Source: an uncultured Acidobacteriota bacterium (GTDB lineage: Bacteria > Acidobacteriota > Thermoanaerobaculia > Multivoradales > JAHEKO01). From it: a stretch of 30,584 nucleotides of DNA. The notes beneath the pieces are model-generated. The model made no database searches. It saw only the letters and a list, made by a program, of their open reading frames with translations, and was not told the DNA's origin. The first letter of the stretch is position 1. Each line of letters starts with the position of its first letter. The stretch spans positions 1-30,584 of the forward strand of contig CAVQNG010000037.1 of NCBI GenBank assembly GCA_963713825.1, written 5' to 3'. The position numbers were made by a program, and so were the translations under genes. Positions 1 through 9,630 of the stretch are shown here, in pieces.

Positions 1-42
1 GACTGGTTGCCGCGGTGGCTTAGAAGACTTCTTCCGGACTGA
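1..42 (+). CDS. Probable 3' end of an upstream gene (reads DWLPRWLRRLLPD*); possibly a CpsD/CapB-type kinase tail
   Basis: Frame 1 is open from base 1 to TGA at 40-42, 73 nt before the wzy-like gene. Identity is a guess from context and the P-x-W-L-x-R-L tail. Confidence 0.25.
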   Translation, partial: DWLPRWLRRLLPD

Positions 43-115
43 GGTTTTGATCGCAAGACTGTTACCTGAGTCGGCTATTTCGATCCCCTCGGAGTAGGCA
101 ACCGAACACCTCCGC

Positions 116-1486
116 ATGATCGTCTCACTCAAGATCCTGGCCATTGTAGCGGGAATCGGACTGGTGTTGATCCTGGTCGCTCCCCTATACTCCTTGTTGC
201 TTCTGGATCTACTTCTCGCGCCCGTACAAAGGCACACAGAGCTCGCCGGTGTGCTCCTCGATCAAACTGACCTGATCTTTGCACTCCTGGCGCTGGGATG
301 GGTCTTACGGAGTCGGCTCGGTGTCCGTGAGATGCGAGCGCAAGTGCCCTATTTCTGGCTCTGGGTGACTCTCGGTGGGCTCTTGTCCCTAGTTTATCTG
401 ACGGCACCCATCAACCAGCCGTACCTCACAGCCTTCCATCGGGCGGTGTACCAAGTGTACCGGGCCAGCTGGAAGCCGATCCTCTACTTTCCTCTGGCCG
501 CGATTCTGTTGAACACTCTGGGCCGCTCCCAACTGGCTGTCGCCACCGTCGTCCTTGCAGGCGACTTCTGCTCCTTGTACGCAATTCCGCAGGGTTATGA
601 GGGGTTCCGTGCCGGCGGGCCCTTTCCCACCGGCAACACTCTGGGAGCGGTTCTCATCGTGCCGTTCGTGGCCGCGTTCGCGAAACTCGTATTTCCCCAC
701 ACGATCCGACAACGTTGGTTCTATGGAGGGAGTCTGCTCCTGTGCGGACGCGCTCTCCTATTCGCGAGATCGAGAGGTGCATTCGCTGGAGTCCTGGCAG
801 GAATTCTCCTGATACTCGCATTCCTGGCGCTCCGATCGACGGGAAGAAGCCGACTATTGAGACTTTTCCCTGTCGCCATAGGACTGGTGTTGCTGGTATT
901 CGCTCTCAAGCCGGACGTGATGCAGCGACCCAACGTGCAACGATTGCTCACCTTGTCAGACCCAATGGAAGAGCGAACGATGCAATGGAGAGTGGAGAAT
1001 CGATGGAATTTCTACTGGGAGAAGTCTTGGGAGAAACCTTGGCTCGGCCACGGGACCGACATCGACCGCTCACTGGTAAAGATCAGCGGTGCCAAAACGC
1101 CTCACAACTCTTATCTGAGCCTGGTCGTTGAGAACGGCTACCCGACCGCGATTCTCTATCTATTGCTGCTGTCACTCTCTATTGCACGGAGTCTCAAGTT
1201 CTATCGCAGCCAGTCGACCACTCCTGGGGGATTGCAGGGACTCCTTCTTGCGGCCGGCATCGTCGGCATTCTGGTCCACTTCATGGCTGACTCGATTATT
1301 AATCTGCCATACGTGTCAAAGACCCTTTGGCTCTTCGCGGGACTTGCCGCATCCCTACCCATGGTCGCACAAGCGGAGGAGAGTGAAACAGAGAATTCCG
1401 TCGAAATGTCGAGCGAGAACGGAATCGAACTCCCACTTCGCCCTGCAGCTCGAACGAGCCTTTCGAACCAAGCACCATCAACATAG
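116..1486 (+). CDS. O-antigen ligase / Wzy polymerase family membrane protein (Wzy_C)
   Basis: 456 aa with many hydrophobic segments. Has GPFPTGNTLG, SRGAF, PWLGHG and PHNSYL, typical Wzy_C motifs. GGAG lies upstream. Confidence 0.85.
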   Translation: MIVSLKILAIVAGIGLVLILVAPLYSLLLLDLLLAPVQRHTELAGVLLDQTDLIFALLALGWVLRSRLGVREMRAQVPYFWLWVTLGGLLSLVYLTAPINQPYLTAFHRAVYQVYRASWKPILYFPLAAILLNTLGRSQLAVATVVLAGDFCSLYAIPQGYEGFRAGGPFPTGNTLGAVLIVPFVAAFAKLVFPHTIRQRWFYGGSLLLCGRALLFARSRGAFAGVLAGILLILAFLALRSTGRSRLLRLFPVAIGLVLLVFALKPDVMQRPNVQRLLTLSDPMEERTMQWRVENRWNFYWEKSWEKPWLGHGTDIDRSLVKISGAKTPHNSYLSLVVENGYPTAILYLLLLSLSIARSLKFYRSQSTTPGGLQGLLLAAGIVGILVHFMADSIINLPYVSKTLWLFAGLAASLPMVAQAEESETENSVEMSSENGIELPLRPAARTSLSNQAPST

Positions 1487-1564
1487 CCCTTCCTTGCCCG
1501 GTCCTTCTAGGCTCAACGGCAGCGCTCCATTTCCCCCAGGGCGAAGTTCGGAATCTGGAAGCCG

Positions 1565-2566
1565 TCAACCCGAATTTCTGAGAGTGGTGAGACCCGCCCG
1601 GAGAGCCTTGCCCAGGCGCGACCGGTTGACCTTCGTAACTTGAAGGTAGGGCACCTGTCTGGCCCCGAACCTCCGGAAGTAACGTTCAATGGGCTCGATC
1701 ATCGACCCGGCAAAATCGAACTCTCGCGACACCTCCCTCGCGAACCGAATCCCTTCCCAGATGATCAGGCTGTTCGCTCCACTGCTACGCAGGTCGGGGT
1801 CGGCACCGCTGAGGAGATAGGTTGTCTCAGCCTTCGAATAAGCGAAGAAGGTGGCTGCGTGCGCCCTTCCCTGGGAATCGACCGCTACGAGGATCTTACG
1901 CGCCCCATGACTTGCACAGGCGGCGTCGAGCCTGCAGAGAAACTCTCGACTGTGGGGGGCCTTGCGGCCTTGCCGCTCGAACGTCTTCTCGTGAAGAGCG
2001 AGAAAGCGATCGACATCGTCATCCACTTCGACTCTCACGACCTTCTGAGCCTTTCGGATATTCCGCCGAATCGAGCCGTTGAGTCCTTCCCAAATGGCGT
2101 CGATGTCCGATAGATCCGGCAGGACATAGGTGTAGCGCGTAGTCTGCTCGAATCCCTGCCAGAAGAACGGTAACCAGTTCGTCACCGTTCGGTGAAACTC
2201 CTGGCCGAAGTAACTGAAATCCGGCAGGGATTCGATCAACTCCATCATCAAGACTTTGGTGTCGGCGAACTTGGTTTGATAGGCCCCATCGATCTCCCGA
2301 CACCAGGGGCCGAGGGTGTGGGTACTCGGGGGCATCACGAGACTTGGGGCTCCCAGCTTCGCCTCTCGTTGTAGGTAGGGCAGAACAGCTGCCGCTTCGT
2401 CGCCGCGCCAGGCCACGGCGTACTCACACTTCTCTCCTCCGACAGCTTCGAGCCACCAGGGCTGCAAGAACACAGGGGCGTCATCGAGCAACTGGCCAAT
2501 CGCAGGGTACTTCGATGCCTCCGCTGCCTGAATTCTGGTTGGCTTTTCTCTCGGCGAATCTTCCAT
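1565..2566 (-). CDS. GNAT / FemAB-like acyltransferase (Acetyltransf_6 type) of polysaccharide loci
   Basis: Motifs FLQPWWLEA, TTRYTYVL, IRRNIRKA, GANSLIIWEGI and FDFAGSMIEPIERYFRRFGA. ATG at 2566 preferred to the ORF-track TTG at 2575. Confidence 0.8.
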   Translation of the reverse strand: MEDSPREKPTRIQAAEASKYPAIGQLLDDAPVFLQPWWLEAVGGEKCEYAVAWRGDEAAAVLPYLQREAKLGAPSLVMPPSTHTLGPWCREIDGAYQTKFADTKVLMMELIESLPDFSYFGQEFHRTVTNWLPFFWQGFEQTTRYTYVLPDLSDIDAIWEGLNGSIRRNIRKAQKVVRVEVDDDVDRFLALHEKTFERQGRKAPHSREFLCRLDAACASHGARKILVAVDSQGRAHAATFFAYSKAETTYLLSGADPDLRSSGANSLIIWEGIRFAREVSREFDFAGSMIEPIERYFRRFGARQVPYLQVTKVNRSRLGKALRAGLTTLRNSG

Positions 2567-2769
2567 GAGCCTCAAACTCCACAGAGTCTCGCACCCGACT
2601 CTTGTCTTCTAGGACTTCGCTCGACGATTCTCGCCGCAGCCAACTGAGCCCGTGACGGAGTATTCCACAGTCATCTCCTGCAGTGGACATTCTTGACTGA
2701 CAGCTCGTCCAGTCGGAGTCGTCCGGGCCGACTAGAACCAGCAGGGACAGCTTCCACCAGCGAATCTGT

Positions 2770-3700
2770 CTAGCTGGGGCCCAGTGACTCACCGGGCCAA
2801 CGGCGCCGCACCCAGGCTGCGATCCGGGCTTCTTCGTCTTCCGAGAGACGCGGTCCCATCGAGCATTCGAAACTGCCCGGCACCGAGCCTCGGACTTCCA
2901 AAGGAATCCGATGGCTCTCGAGAAATTCCGCTACAGAATCCAAAGCTGCTGGAACATCTCCACACAGCTCTTCGTATTGCACAAACAAGAACTTACCAGA
3001 GCCGAACTTCCTACTGTCCTCGAGAATTTGCCTGTGAATGAAGTACACCTGGTCCACAACCTGCTCACAGTAGTGCTCTCGCTGGATCTGTGAAAGCTCC
3101 TTGGGAGGGACACTCCACCATTTCTCGGGGTCCTTCAGCAAACGATACCGAGCTTTTAGGATCGACCGCGCGTTAGCATCGGGCTCGCGCACGCCACCAG
3201 AAAGCAGGACCGGGAACGCCTCAACGAGGGGAGCGATGCGCATCGAATTGTAGGTATTCTTGTGCAGTAGTGGCGCTTCGAATAGGGCGGCCAAGGATAT
3301 CAGCTCTCGGCTAAGCTCCTCGAGGTCGCCAGCCGAGGTCTTCCCTGGCCCAACATAGACATTCCCTCCTCTGGGAAACCAGCGATACCAGAACTCTCCG
3401 GCTTCTTGAGGCCAAGGACCCGCTCGTCCGCCCATAGTCCGACCGAAAACTGTTGCGCCGCTTCCGGAAGCTGAGCAGCAGCCGCTCAAGCAGCGCACCT
3501 AGGGCCGGACGTATAGACGAGCTCTGCCGAGAGTAATCGAAAGCTGGCGAATTCGAACCGACGGTCAAGACCTGCGACAAGCAGCGTGGTCCCCGACCGA
3601 GGAGGTCCAATAGAAACACTGGACCGGAATATCTGATCCAGCCAGACCCTTGTAAGCGCCTGGCGGCAGGTCGCAGGAGCCGGGAGACCTTGCGATTCAA
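2770..3700 (-). CDS. PAPS-dependent sulfotransferase (Sulfotransfer_3-like), frameshifted
   Basis: Joined from ORFs 3311..3700 (MNRK...PVFL), 3486..3935 (5'-PSB loop IGPPRSGTTLL) and 2770..3498 (PQEAGEFWYRWF, HKNTYNSMR, VQYEELC). The TTG start overlaps the TGA at 3697-3699 (TTGA). Confidence 0.75.
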
Positions 3701-4814
3701 TCTTCGGCGGTAGTTGCAATCGGCATGGCGAATTCAATGCCTTCAGGATCCGATGATAGAGGGCTTCCATCTGGTCTACATTGCCCGCCCATTCGAATTT
3801 CTCGACAGCGATGCATCGCACCCTGTTCCCCATTTCCAATCTCTTCGAACGAATCCCCAAGCAAGCGGATAAGCGCTTCGGCAAGCTGGACTTCATTCTC
3901 GGAGTCGACCAGCAGGCCAGAGCCACCCTCCTCAACGATCTCAGGGACCCCTCCTATACGACTGGCCACCACCGGAAGACCGCAGGCGGCCGCTTCCAAA
4001 GCCGATACCCCAAACGACTCCCTTCGTGATGGCATGCAGAAAATACTGAATCGCCTCATCGTGGAAACGAGCTGATCGTGAGGCACGGCTGGGCCGATCT
4101 TCAAAGCGTGGGCCACGCCTAGATTCTCGGCGAGTCTCTGATAAGGCTCTCGATCACCCCTACCGACCATTTGCAGGCGGGCATTCGGGCGCTTTGCCAA
4201 GACTTTCGGCATTGCTCGTAGACAGGACGTCCGGACCATAGGTCGGAGCGAAGCGCTTCGCATAGCCGATGAGCGCCGGATTCTCCTCATTCTGGCTGGG
4301 CGTAGGGGAGAATTGTTCGGTATCGACACCGAACGGGATCACCTCGATGTCGGCTGGCTCCTTCATCAAGGGCAAGGTCGCATCACAAAGGAATCGCGAA
4401 GTGGCTGTGACAGCAACCGCCCGCTTCAGGATGCCTCGTTTGGCAGCGAGGATCTTCGGAGAGTCCTCTCCGGTACCGGTGACATCACTTCCCCACACAG
4501 AGACGACGAGATTCGGCCAACTCCGCGCCGCCAGTCGAATGGGTAGCGATGCGTTGAGATAGTGGAGGTGTACCAGATCCGGCCGAAACGACCTGACGCC
4601 TTGGCGAAGGTTCAGGTAGTTGAGCAACTTGAAAGGGATGGTCTCGGAGCCACGAGCCCAGCCTCGCACGGGTCGTCCTACCCGGCACGACAGAAGTCAT
4701 CGGAGCCTCGGGAGTGACTGCAAACCAGGCGACTTGTTGGCCCCTGTGGTATAACGACTCGGCCCATCGCTTCGCGTGGATACTGGACCCGGGTGCAACA
4801 ATGACGATCCGCAT
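3697..4814 (-). CDS. Glycosyltransferase family 4 (GT-B), frameshifted
   Basis: Pieces: 4485..4814 (MRIVIVAPGSSIHAKRW), 4160..4669 (PDLVHLHY, VSVWGSDV, VIPFGVD), 3697..4329 (PSRRESFGVSALEAAACGLPVVAS, EX7E) and the C-terminal FEWAGNVDQMEALY in the 3486..3935 frame. Confidence 0.8.
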
Positions 4815-5027
4815 GAGGTTTCGGCTCTTGGATTCCTGCTTTCCGCTCCATCGTCTGAACGATCATCGAGACCCATACCCGATATCGGACCGAGACGACC
4901 GATCCTAGCCTTCAATGCATTGCCCATCAAGGAGTGCAGGTGGAAGCTGGCGATTCGTGACCTCTTAACAGCCTGTGAAGTCCCCATGGCCGCTATGGCT
5001 ACTACAATCCCCTACCTGGGTGCCAGC

Positions 5028-6138
5028 ATGAGGATCGCACACTGCATTCACGGACTTGGATTGGGGGGGGCGCAGAAGGTCCTCGAGACCCTGGTGACAT
5101 CGCTCTCCACTCGTGATTTCGAGCACTTCGTCTATTGCTCGCTTGATGGACCCGTCCGTCCGAAGTTGCAAGCTGTCGGAGCCACGGTCAGGATCGTTCC
5201 CCGTTACCTTCCCAAGCTCGATCCATTCTTGATTCGTGGGTTGTGCCAGTTATTTCGTGCCCACGACGATCGAGCTCGTACACACCCATCTTTTCGGCGA
5301 CAGTCTCCATGGTTTCCTGGCCGCACGGGCAGCAGGGCAAATGCCCATAGTGATGACGCTTCACAACAACCAGACGAGATTCACTCGGCTCCAGCAGCTC
5401 GGCTACCGATGGATGCTACCCAGATGCTCCGCAGTAGTAGCTTGCGCAGAGTCGGTGCGCTCTTCCTTCCTACTCGATCAGCCGAGCTTGAAAGACAAAC
5501 TGACGCTCATACCCAACGGGATTCAGTTCCCCGTTCCTCCAGAGCTGAATCCCGAAAAGGTAGCAGACCTGAAGGATAACTTGAAATTGCAACCGGATTC
5601 CCTGGTCATTCTGGCCATGGGTCGTTTGGTCGAGCAGAAGGGCTACAGATACCTGCTTCAAGCGTTTTCATCCCTGCCTCTAATCCTGCAAGATCGAGCG
5701 CAGCTCCTCCTCTTGGGACAGGGCCCTTTGGAGCAGGAGCTGAAGGATCTCAGCCGAGCTCTCGGGCTCTCTGAGAGGGTCGTCTTCGGCGGCTATCGCC
5801 AAGACATAGTGGAGATCCTGGGCATCACCGACGTCGTCGTGTTCAGTTCCCTTTGGGAAGGTCTTCCGATAGCTCTTCTGGAGGCGATGGCGGCCAAGAA
5901 GTGTGTCGTGGCCACAAACATCCAGAGCTTTCGTGACGCCGTCGAGGCCGACCGCGAGGCGCTTCTGGCTCCTCCAGAAGACCCTGCTGCCCTCGGTGCA
6001 GCACTGGCTCGAGCCTTGTCGGACCCGAATCTCCGGGAAGAGCTCTCAGATCGGGCTCGCAAGCGGTTTCTGTCGGACTTCACCGCTGCAAAGATGGTTC
6101 AAGGATACGAGAGTCTCTATCGACAGCTGGTCCGATAG
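5028..6138 (+). CDS. Glycosyltransferase family 4, one frameshift near 5260
   Basis: ATG 5028 gives MRIAHCIHGLGLGGAQK. Continues in ORF 5236..6138 with VHTH, IPNGI, GRLVEQKG and SLWEGLPIALLEAMA. Confidence 0.85.
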
Positions 6139-6357
6139 CATCGCCGAACGTGAGTCACGGTGTGCGTTAACCTGTTCTTGGTCTCGCTGGGCTTGCTGCT
6201 GGCCTTCACTCGCCACCAACCTGGTTTGTTGTCCGTTGTGAAGAAGTCCGCTGCTATCCGTGCGCAGATGCGATTTCATTCATGGAGACGTCCATCGCCT
6301 GGAGATTTGCAGACCAGGTCTACGCACATTCGACCGGTGGAACTCCTGGAGGGGATT

Positions 6358-8376
6358 GTGACTACGAGATCTATGAACGACTGCGGACCCTGGCAGACTC
6401 TCCTGATTCTCACCCTAGGCATTTCGGTCGGCTTCGCCAGTGTTGCATGGGCCCAAAGCAGGAGCCTGCCCGGCGATGAGCCTCGACTTGGCCCCATCGA
6501 GAACCCTTCGTCTCCTCTGCCTGCTCGCGGCTACCAGGAGCGGCCTTGCGGATTCGATCTGAACCACAACGGCATCATCGGGGAACCCGCTGACTGCAAC
6601 GTCTGCGACGCCTCGCTGGTGGGCGGAAAGATCACCGCCAACACGGTGGACCCGGACGGCGACGGGACCGACGAAGACCTGATCTACGTCGACTGCGACG
6701 GTGGAAGCAATTTCAGCTACTGCGGCAGACCCGGATTCAAGCCCTGCCGCACGATCGACTATGCCTGGGATAACATCGCCGACGGCCCTGGAGATGGAGC
6801 CGAGGATATTGTCTGTTTCACCGGCACCTGTTCACCAGAGTCTTTCCGCCTCCCAGAAGCGTACAACGGAGTGCCAGGATACTGGACGAAACCGAAGACG
6901 GGCTCAGAAAGCCGCGACTGGCAATTCCCCGATAATCCCGCGATGCTGCTCGGATGGGACACCGACGATGACGGTCAATACCCGCCGTTCGATACTGACG
7001 ACACCTCGGTCCTCAACGGAACTGGGAAGAAAGAAGCATTCAAACTCAACACCCATGTTGGTAATTCCTACTTCGAGATGGCCCATTTTGTCGCTCGAGA
7101 CTATGGGACGCACACACCCGACGTGGACGGCGGACACTTCATCGTTATGTTCGAAGTGGCGAAAGACTCCACTCACGGACATCTTCATGACCTCAGTCTG
7201 CAAGGGATCAACAAGGGCGCCCGGCTGAAGAATCCCAATATTACTTTCCCTTGGTTTGCGTCCAGCCACTCTTCCTATATCGCCTTGACCAATATTGAAA
7301 GCCTTGAGGAAGGGTCCTACACCTTTAGAGGCAATGCCAGTCTCACCGGGGAAGTCATCGCGGGACCCTGGCGATTTCAGAATCTCACCATCACGGCCCA
7401 CGGCTGCAATGAAGCGGCTTGTGGAACTCGTGCCTGGAAGACAGGGTGGAAACTGTGGGGATGGGCTGATGGAATCGAGATCCTGGACAGTGTCCTCGAT
7501 GCGAACGTGGCAAAGTGGTCGCCGAGGACAGTCAACGGGATCGTCATCAATGCTCACACTCAGGACTGGGACATCATCAACAACGAGTTGATCGATTGGT
7601 CGGTAGCTATCAAAGTCGATGGAGTTCTTCCCCCTGCATACACCTTTGCCAAGAGATACACCGACGATATCGTTCTCAGTCGCAATCTGATTCGCAACTC
7701 CAGATGGGACCAGAACATCTCGATTCTGGTCGACGGCAGTGGTGGAAACGGTCAAGCCGTCAAGGACCTCTGGATTATCAACAACATCATGACCAGCTCA
7801 TTGGAACCCAAAGCCCACGTTCACATCAAACAGGGCAATACAGAGGGTCCGAACGTCACGAACATTCGGGTCTACAACAATACGATGTTCGGCAGGGCAA
7901 ACGACGTTCTCAAGGTGGCAGATCCTGGAACCGCATACCGATTCCAGAGACTTCATTTAAGAAACAACATCTTCGCGGGAGTCCCAGCGATATCGAAGAA
8001 CCTGAAACTAGACTACATGCTAGATCACCTAGATTCCGATAACAACGTCTTCGATGCCTCGGCCACCTTTGTGGTCGCTGGGATGGAGCTCAGCTCGATC
8101 CCTGACTGGCGAGCCATGACCGGCGGAGACCTCTACTCTGTGGGCTGTAATCCAGCCTTCAGAGCCCCTCCTTTCGATCTGCGACTTTCGGGCGGTGATG
8201 AATGCGCCGTGGAGAAGGGCGCCTCCCTCCAGTACTTGACCTCGATCGACATCGAGCATGATAAGCGCCCTTACGGCAAGAAGTGGGATATTGGTGCAGA
8301 CGAATGGGACGGTGGCTTCTTTTGGACTTCCTTCGAGAAAGGTGACCTCTCAGACTGGTCGGATTCTCTGCCATGA
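6358..8376 (+). CDS. Secreted right-handed parallel beta-helix (pectate-lyase-like fold) protein with Ca-binding-type loops and choice-of-anchor-Q-like end
   Basis: Within ORF 6160..8376. Likely start is GTG 6358 after GGAGG (or ATG 6373). Signal peptide ends AWA-Q. Has PC.TI.YA, Asn-rich IINNEL/IINNI/VYNNT/LRNNIF repeats, DxDxDG-type loops and DIEHDKRP...DIGADE. Confidence 0.65.
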   Translation: MTTRSMNDCGPWQTLLILTLGISVGFASVAWAQSRSLPGDEPRLGPIENPSSPLPARGYQERPCGFDLNHNGIIGEPADCNVCDASLVGGKITANTVDPDGDGTDEDLIYVDCDGGSNFSYCGRPGFKPCRTIDYAWDNIADGPGDGAEDIVCFTGTCSPESFRLPEAYNGVPGYWTKPKTGSESRDWQFPDNPAMLLGWDTDDDGQYPPFDTDDTSVLNGTGKKEAFKLNTHVGNSYFEMAHFVARDYGTHTPDVDGGHFIVMFEVAKDSTHGHLHDLSLQGINKGARLKNPNITFPWFASSHSSYIALTNIESLEEGSYTFRGNASLTGEVIAGPWRFQNLTITAHGCNEAACGTRAWKTGWKLWGWADGIEILDSVLDANVAKWSPRTVNGIVINAHTQDWDIINNELIDWSVAIKVDGVLPPAYTFAKRYTDDIVLSRNLIRNSRWDQNISILVDGSGGNGQAVKDLWIINNIMTSSLEPKAHVHIKQGNTEGPNVTNIRVYNNTMFGRANDVLKVADPGTAYRFQRLHLRNNIFAGVPAISKNLKLDYMLDHLDSDNNVFDASATFVVAGMELSSIPDWRAMTGGDLYSVGCNPAFRAPPFDLRLSGGDECAVEKGASLQYLTSIDIEHDKRPYGKKWDIGADEWDGGFFWTSFEKGDLSDWSDSLP

Positions 8377-8377
8377 A

Positions 8378-8402
8378 TTCTCATCGAGAGAACTCGATAG
8401 AA
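8378..8402. terminator. Hairpin between convergent genes, possible weak terminator
   Basis: TTCT(C)ATCGAG-AGAA-CTCGAT-AGAA immediately after the 8376 stop; no clear U-tract. Confidence 0.25.
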
Positions 8403-8445
8403 GCTCGATCCCTTTGAGACTACGAGGGGGGCTCTAGCAGAACTT

Positions 8446-9312
8446 TCAAACTGGAGTGTAGCCCTTCAATTTCATTCCAGGCTGCATCGCAACCAGAGCT
8501 TGCTTCCATTTGTTGTCCTCCATCCAGCTACCCACCTTGTAGTTCTTGCTATCTATTGTCGAGAAATTAAAGGCAAAACTCCTTGGATCCACGCCTAGAA
8601 AGTCCGCGAGCTCCTGAACTACCACCGCCGGATTCTCGCAGAGAGACTCGTAGCTAAATTCCGAGAAAGCCCCTTTCTCGCTCAGTTGGAGAGCTGTTCT
8701 AACGCGCTCGATCTCAAGAATGCAAGCGTTCCAGTATCTTGCACAGAGAAGGCGGTACTCCTCTTCGGCGAACACTCCATCAGGATAGGCTTGAAGATTC
8801 TTCTTCAGGTAGGACTCCACTACGGGAGGTCCCGCGCGAAATATGTGAAGAATCTTAGCCTTTGGATAGATCTCAAGAATCTTCGGAATCATGAAAGAGA
8901 TCATGGCACTCTTTACGACAAAGACATCTCTTGTACCCTTCAGAACCTGATAGCCACGAAAAACATGGCCAATCTTCACTTGGTGATCCGCAGGCCAACT
9001 TTCCAGTGAGCTCTGGGTAAATCGAATCGGGTCTACCTCTATCGGAGGTCCTTCTCTTCGAGATTGGTTGAACGGGTACAGACTGGGATGCCAAAGCGTG
9101 TTTGCTTCGCTTGGAAACACCAAGATCTCTGGGTGAGACTCGAGTATTCTCACTAGCAGCGTTGTTCCACAGCGACCAGTTCCAACTATGAAGATGGGTC
9201 TTCCCGATCCTACGCTCGACCCAACCACCGCCTTGCTGGCGAGATAGCAAAAACCGTCTCGCACTGAGCGGCGAACCTTACCTAGGTGGTTGTCTTTGAA
9301 CAGTGCGGCCAT
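8446..9312 (-). CDS. PAPS-dependent sulfotransferase, intact
   Basis: 5'-PSB IFIVGTGRCGTTLL, ILESHPEI..FPSE, VVKS, 3'-PB-like HIFRAGPPVVES and YESLCENP. ATG 9312 follows GAGGGAG (ORF track starts at 9318). Confidence 0.85.
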   Translation of the reverse strand: MAALFKDNHLGKVRRSVRDGFCYLASKAVVGSSVGSGRPIFIVGTGRCGTTLLVRILESHPEILVFPSEANTLWHPSLYPFNQSRREGPPIEVDPIRFTQSSLESWPADHQVKIGHVFRGYQVLKGTRDVFVVKSAMISFMIPKILEIYPKAKILHIFRAGPPVVESYLKKNLQAYPDGVFAEEEYRLLCARYWNACILEIERVRTALQLSEKGAFSEFSYESLCENPAVVVQELADFLGVDPRSFAFNFSTIDSKNYKVGSWMEDNKWKQALVAMQPGMKLKGYTPV

Positions 9313-9630
9313 CCCCACTCCCTCATGAAATGTGCTCGCTGGCGTGAGACGGTTGCTGGACAGCTCCGCTACTGGCCCATGCAGCAGAGTTGGAGGCTAG
9401 AACGAAAAAAGAACCTACCACAAGAGAAGCAGAGAGCATTGTTCTGAGAAGCCACTTGCAAGGATACGAGACTCTCGCAGCGGAAAAGGCTAACAGGTGC
9501 ACTGTCTTCGACTAGGAGTCCAACCCATCATTGCCTGCGATGCCGATTACCCGAGTCGTGTTAACGTTCGCCGCGGCTGGAGGGACGCGGCGGGTTTCAA
9601 TTCTGAAAGGCCATCTAAGTCCACTCATTT

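Noticed and set aside
6160-6357. N-terminal extension of the 738-aa ORF
   Set aside because: The RBS and signal peptide point to a start at 6358/6373, so the upstream part is probably non-coding.
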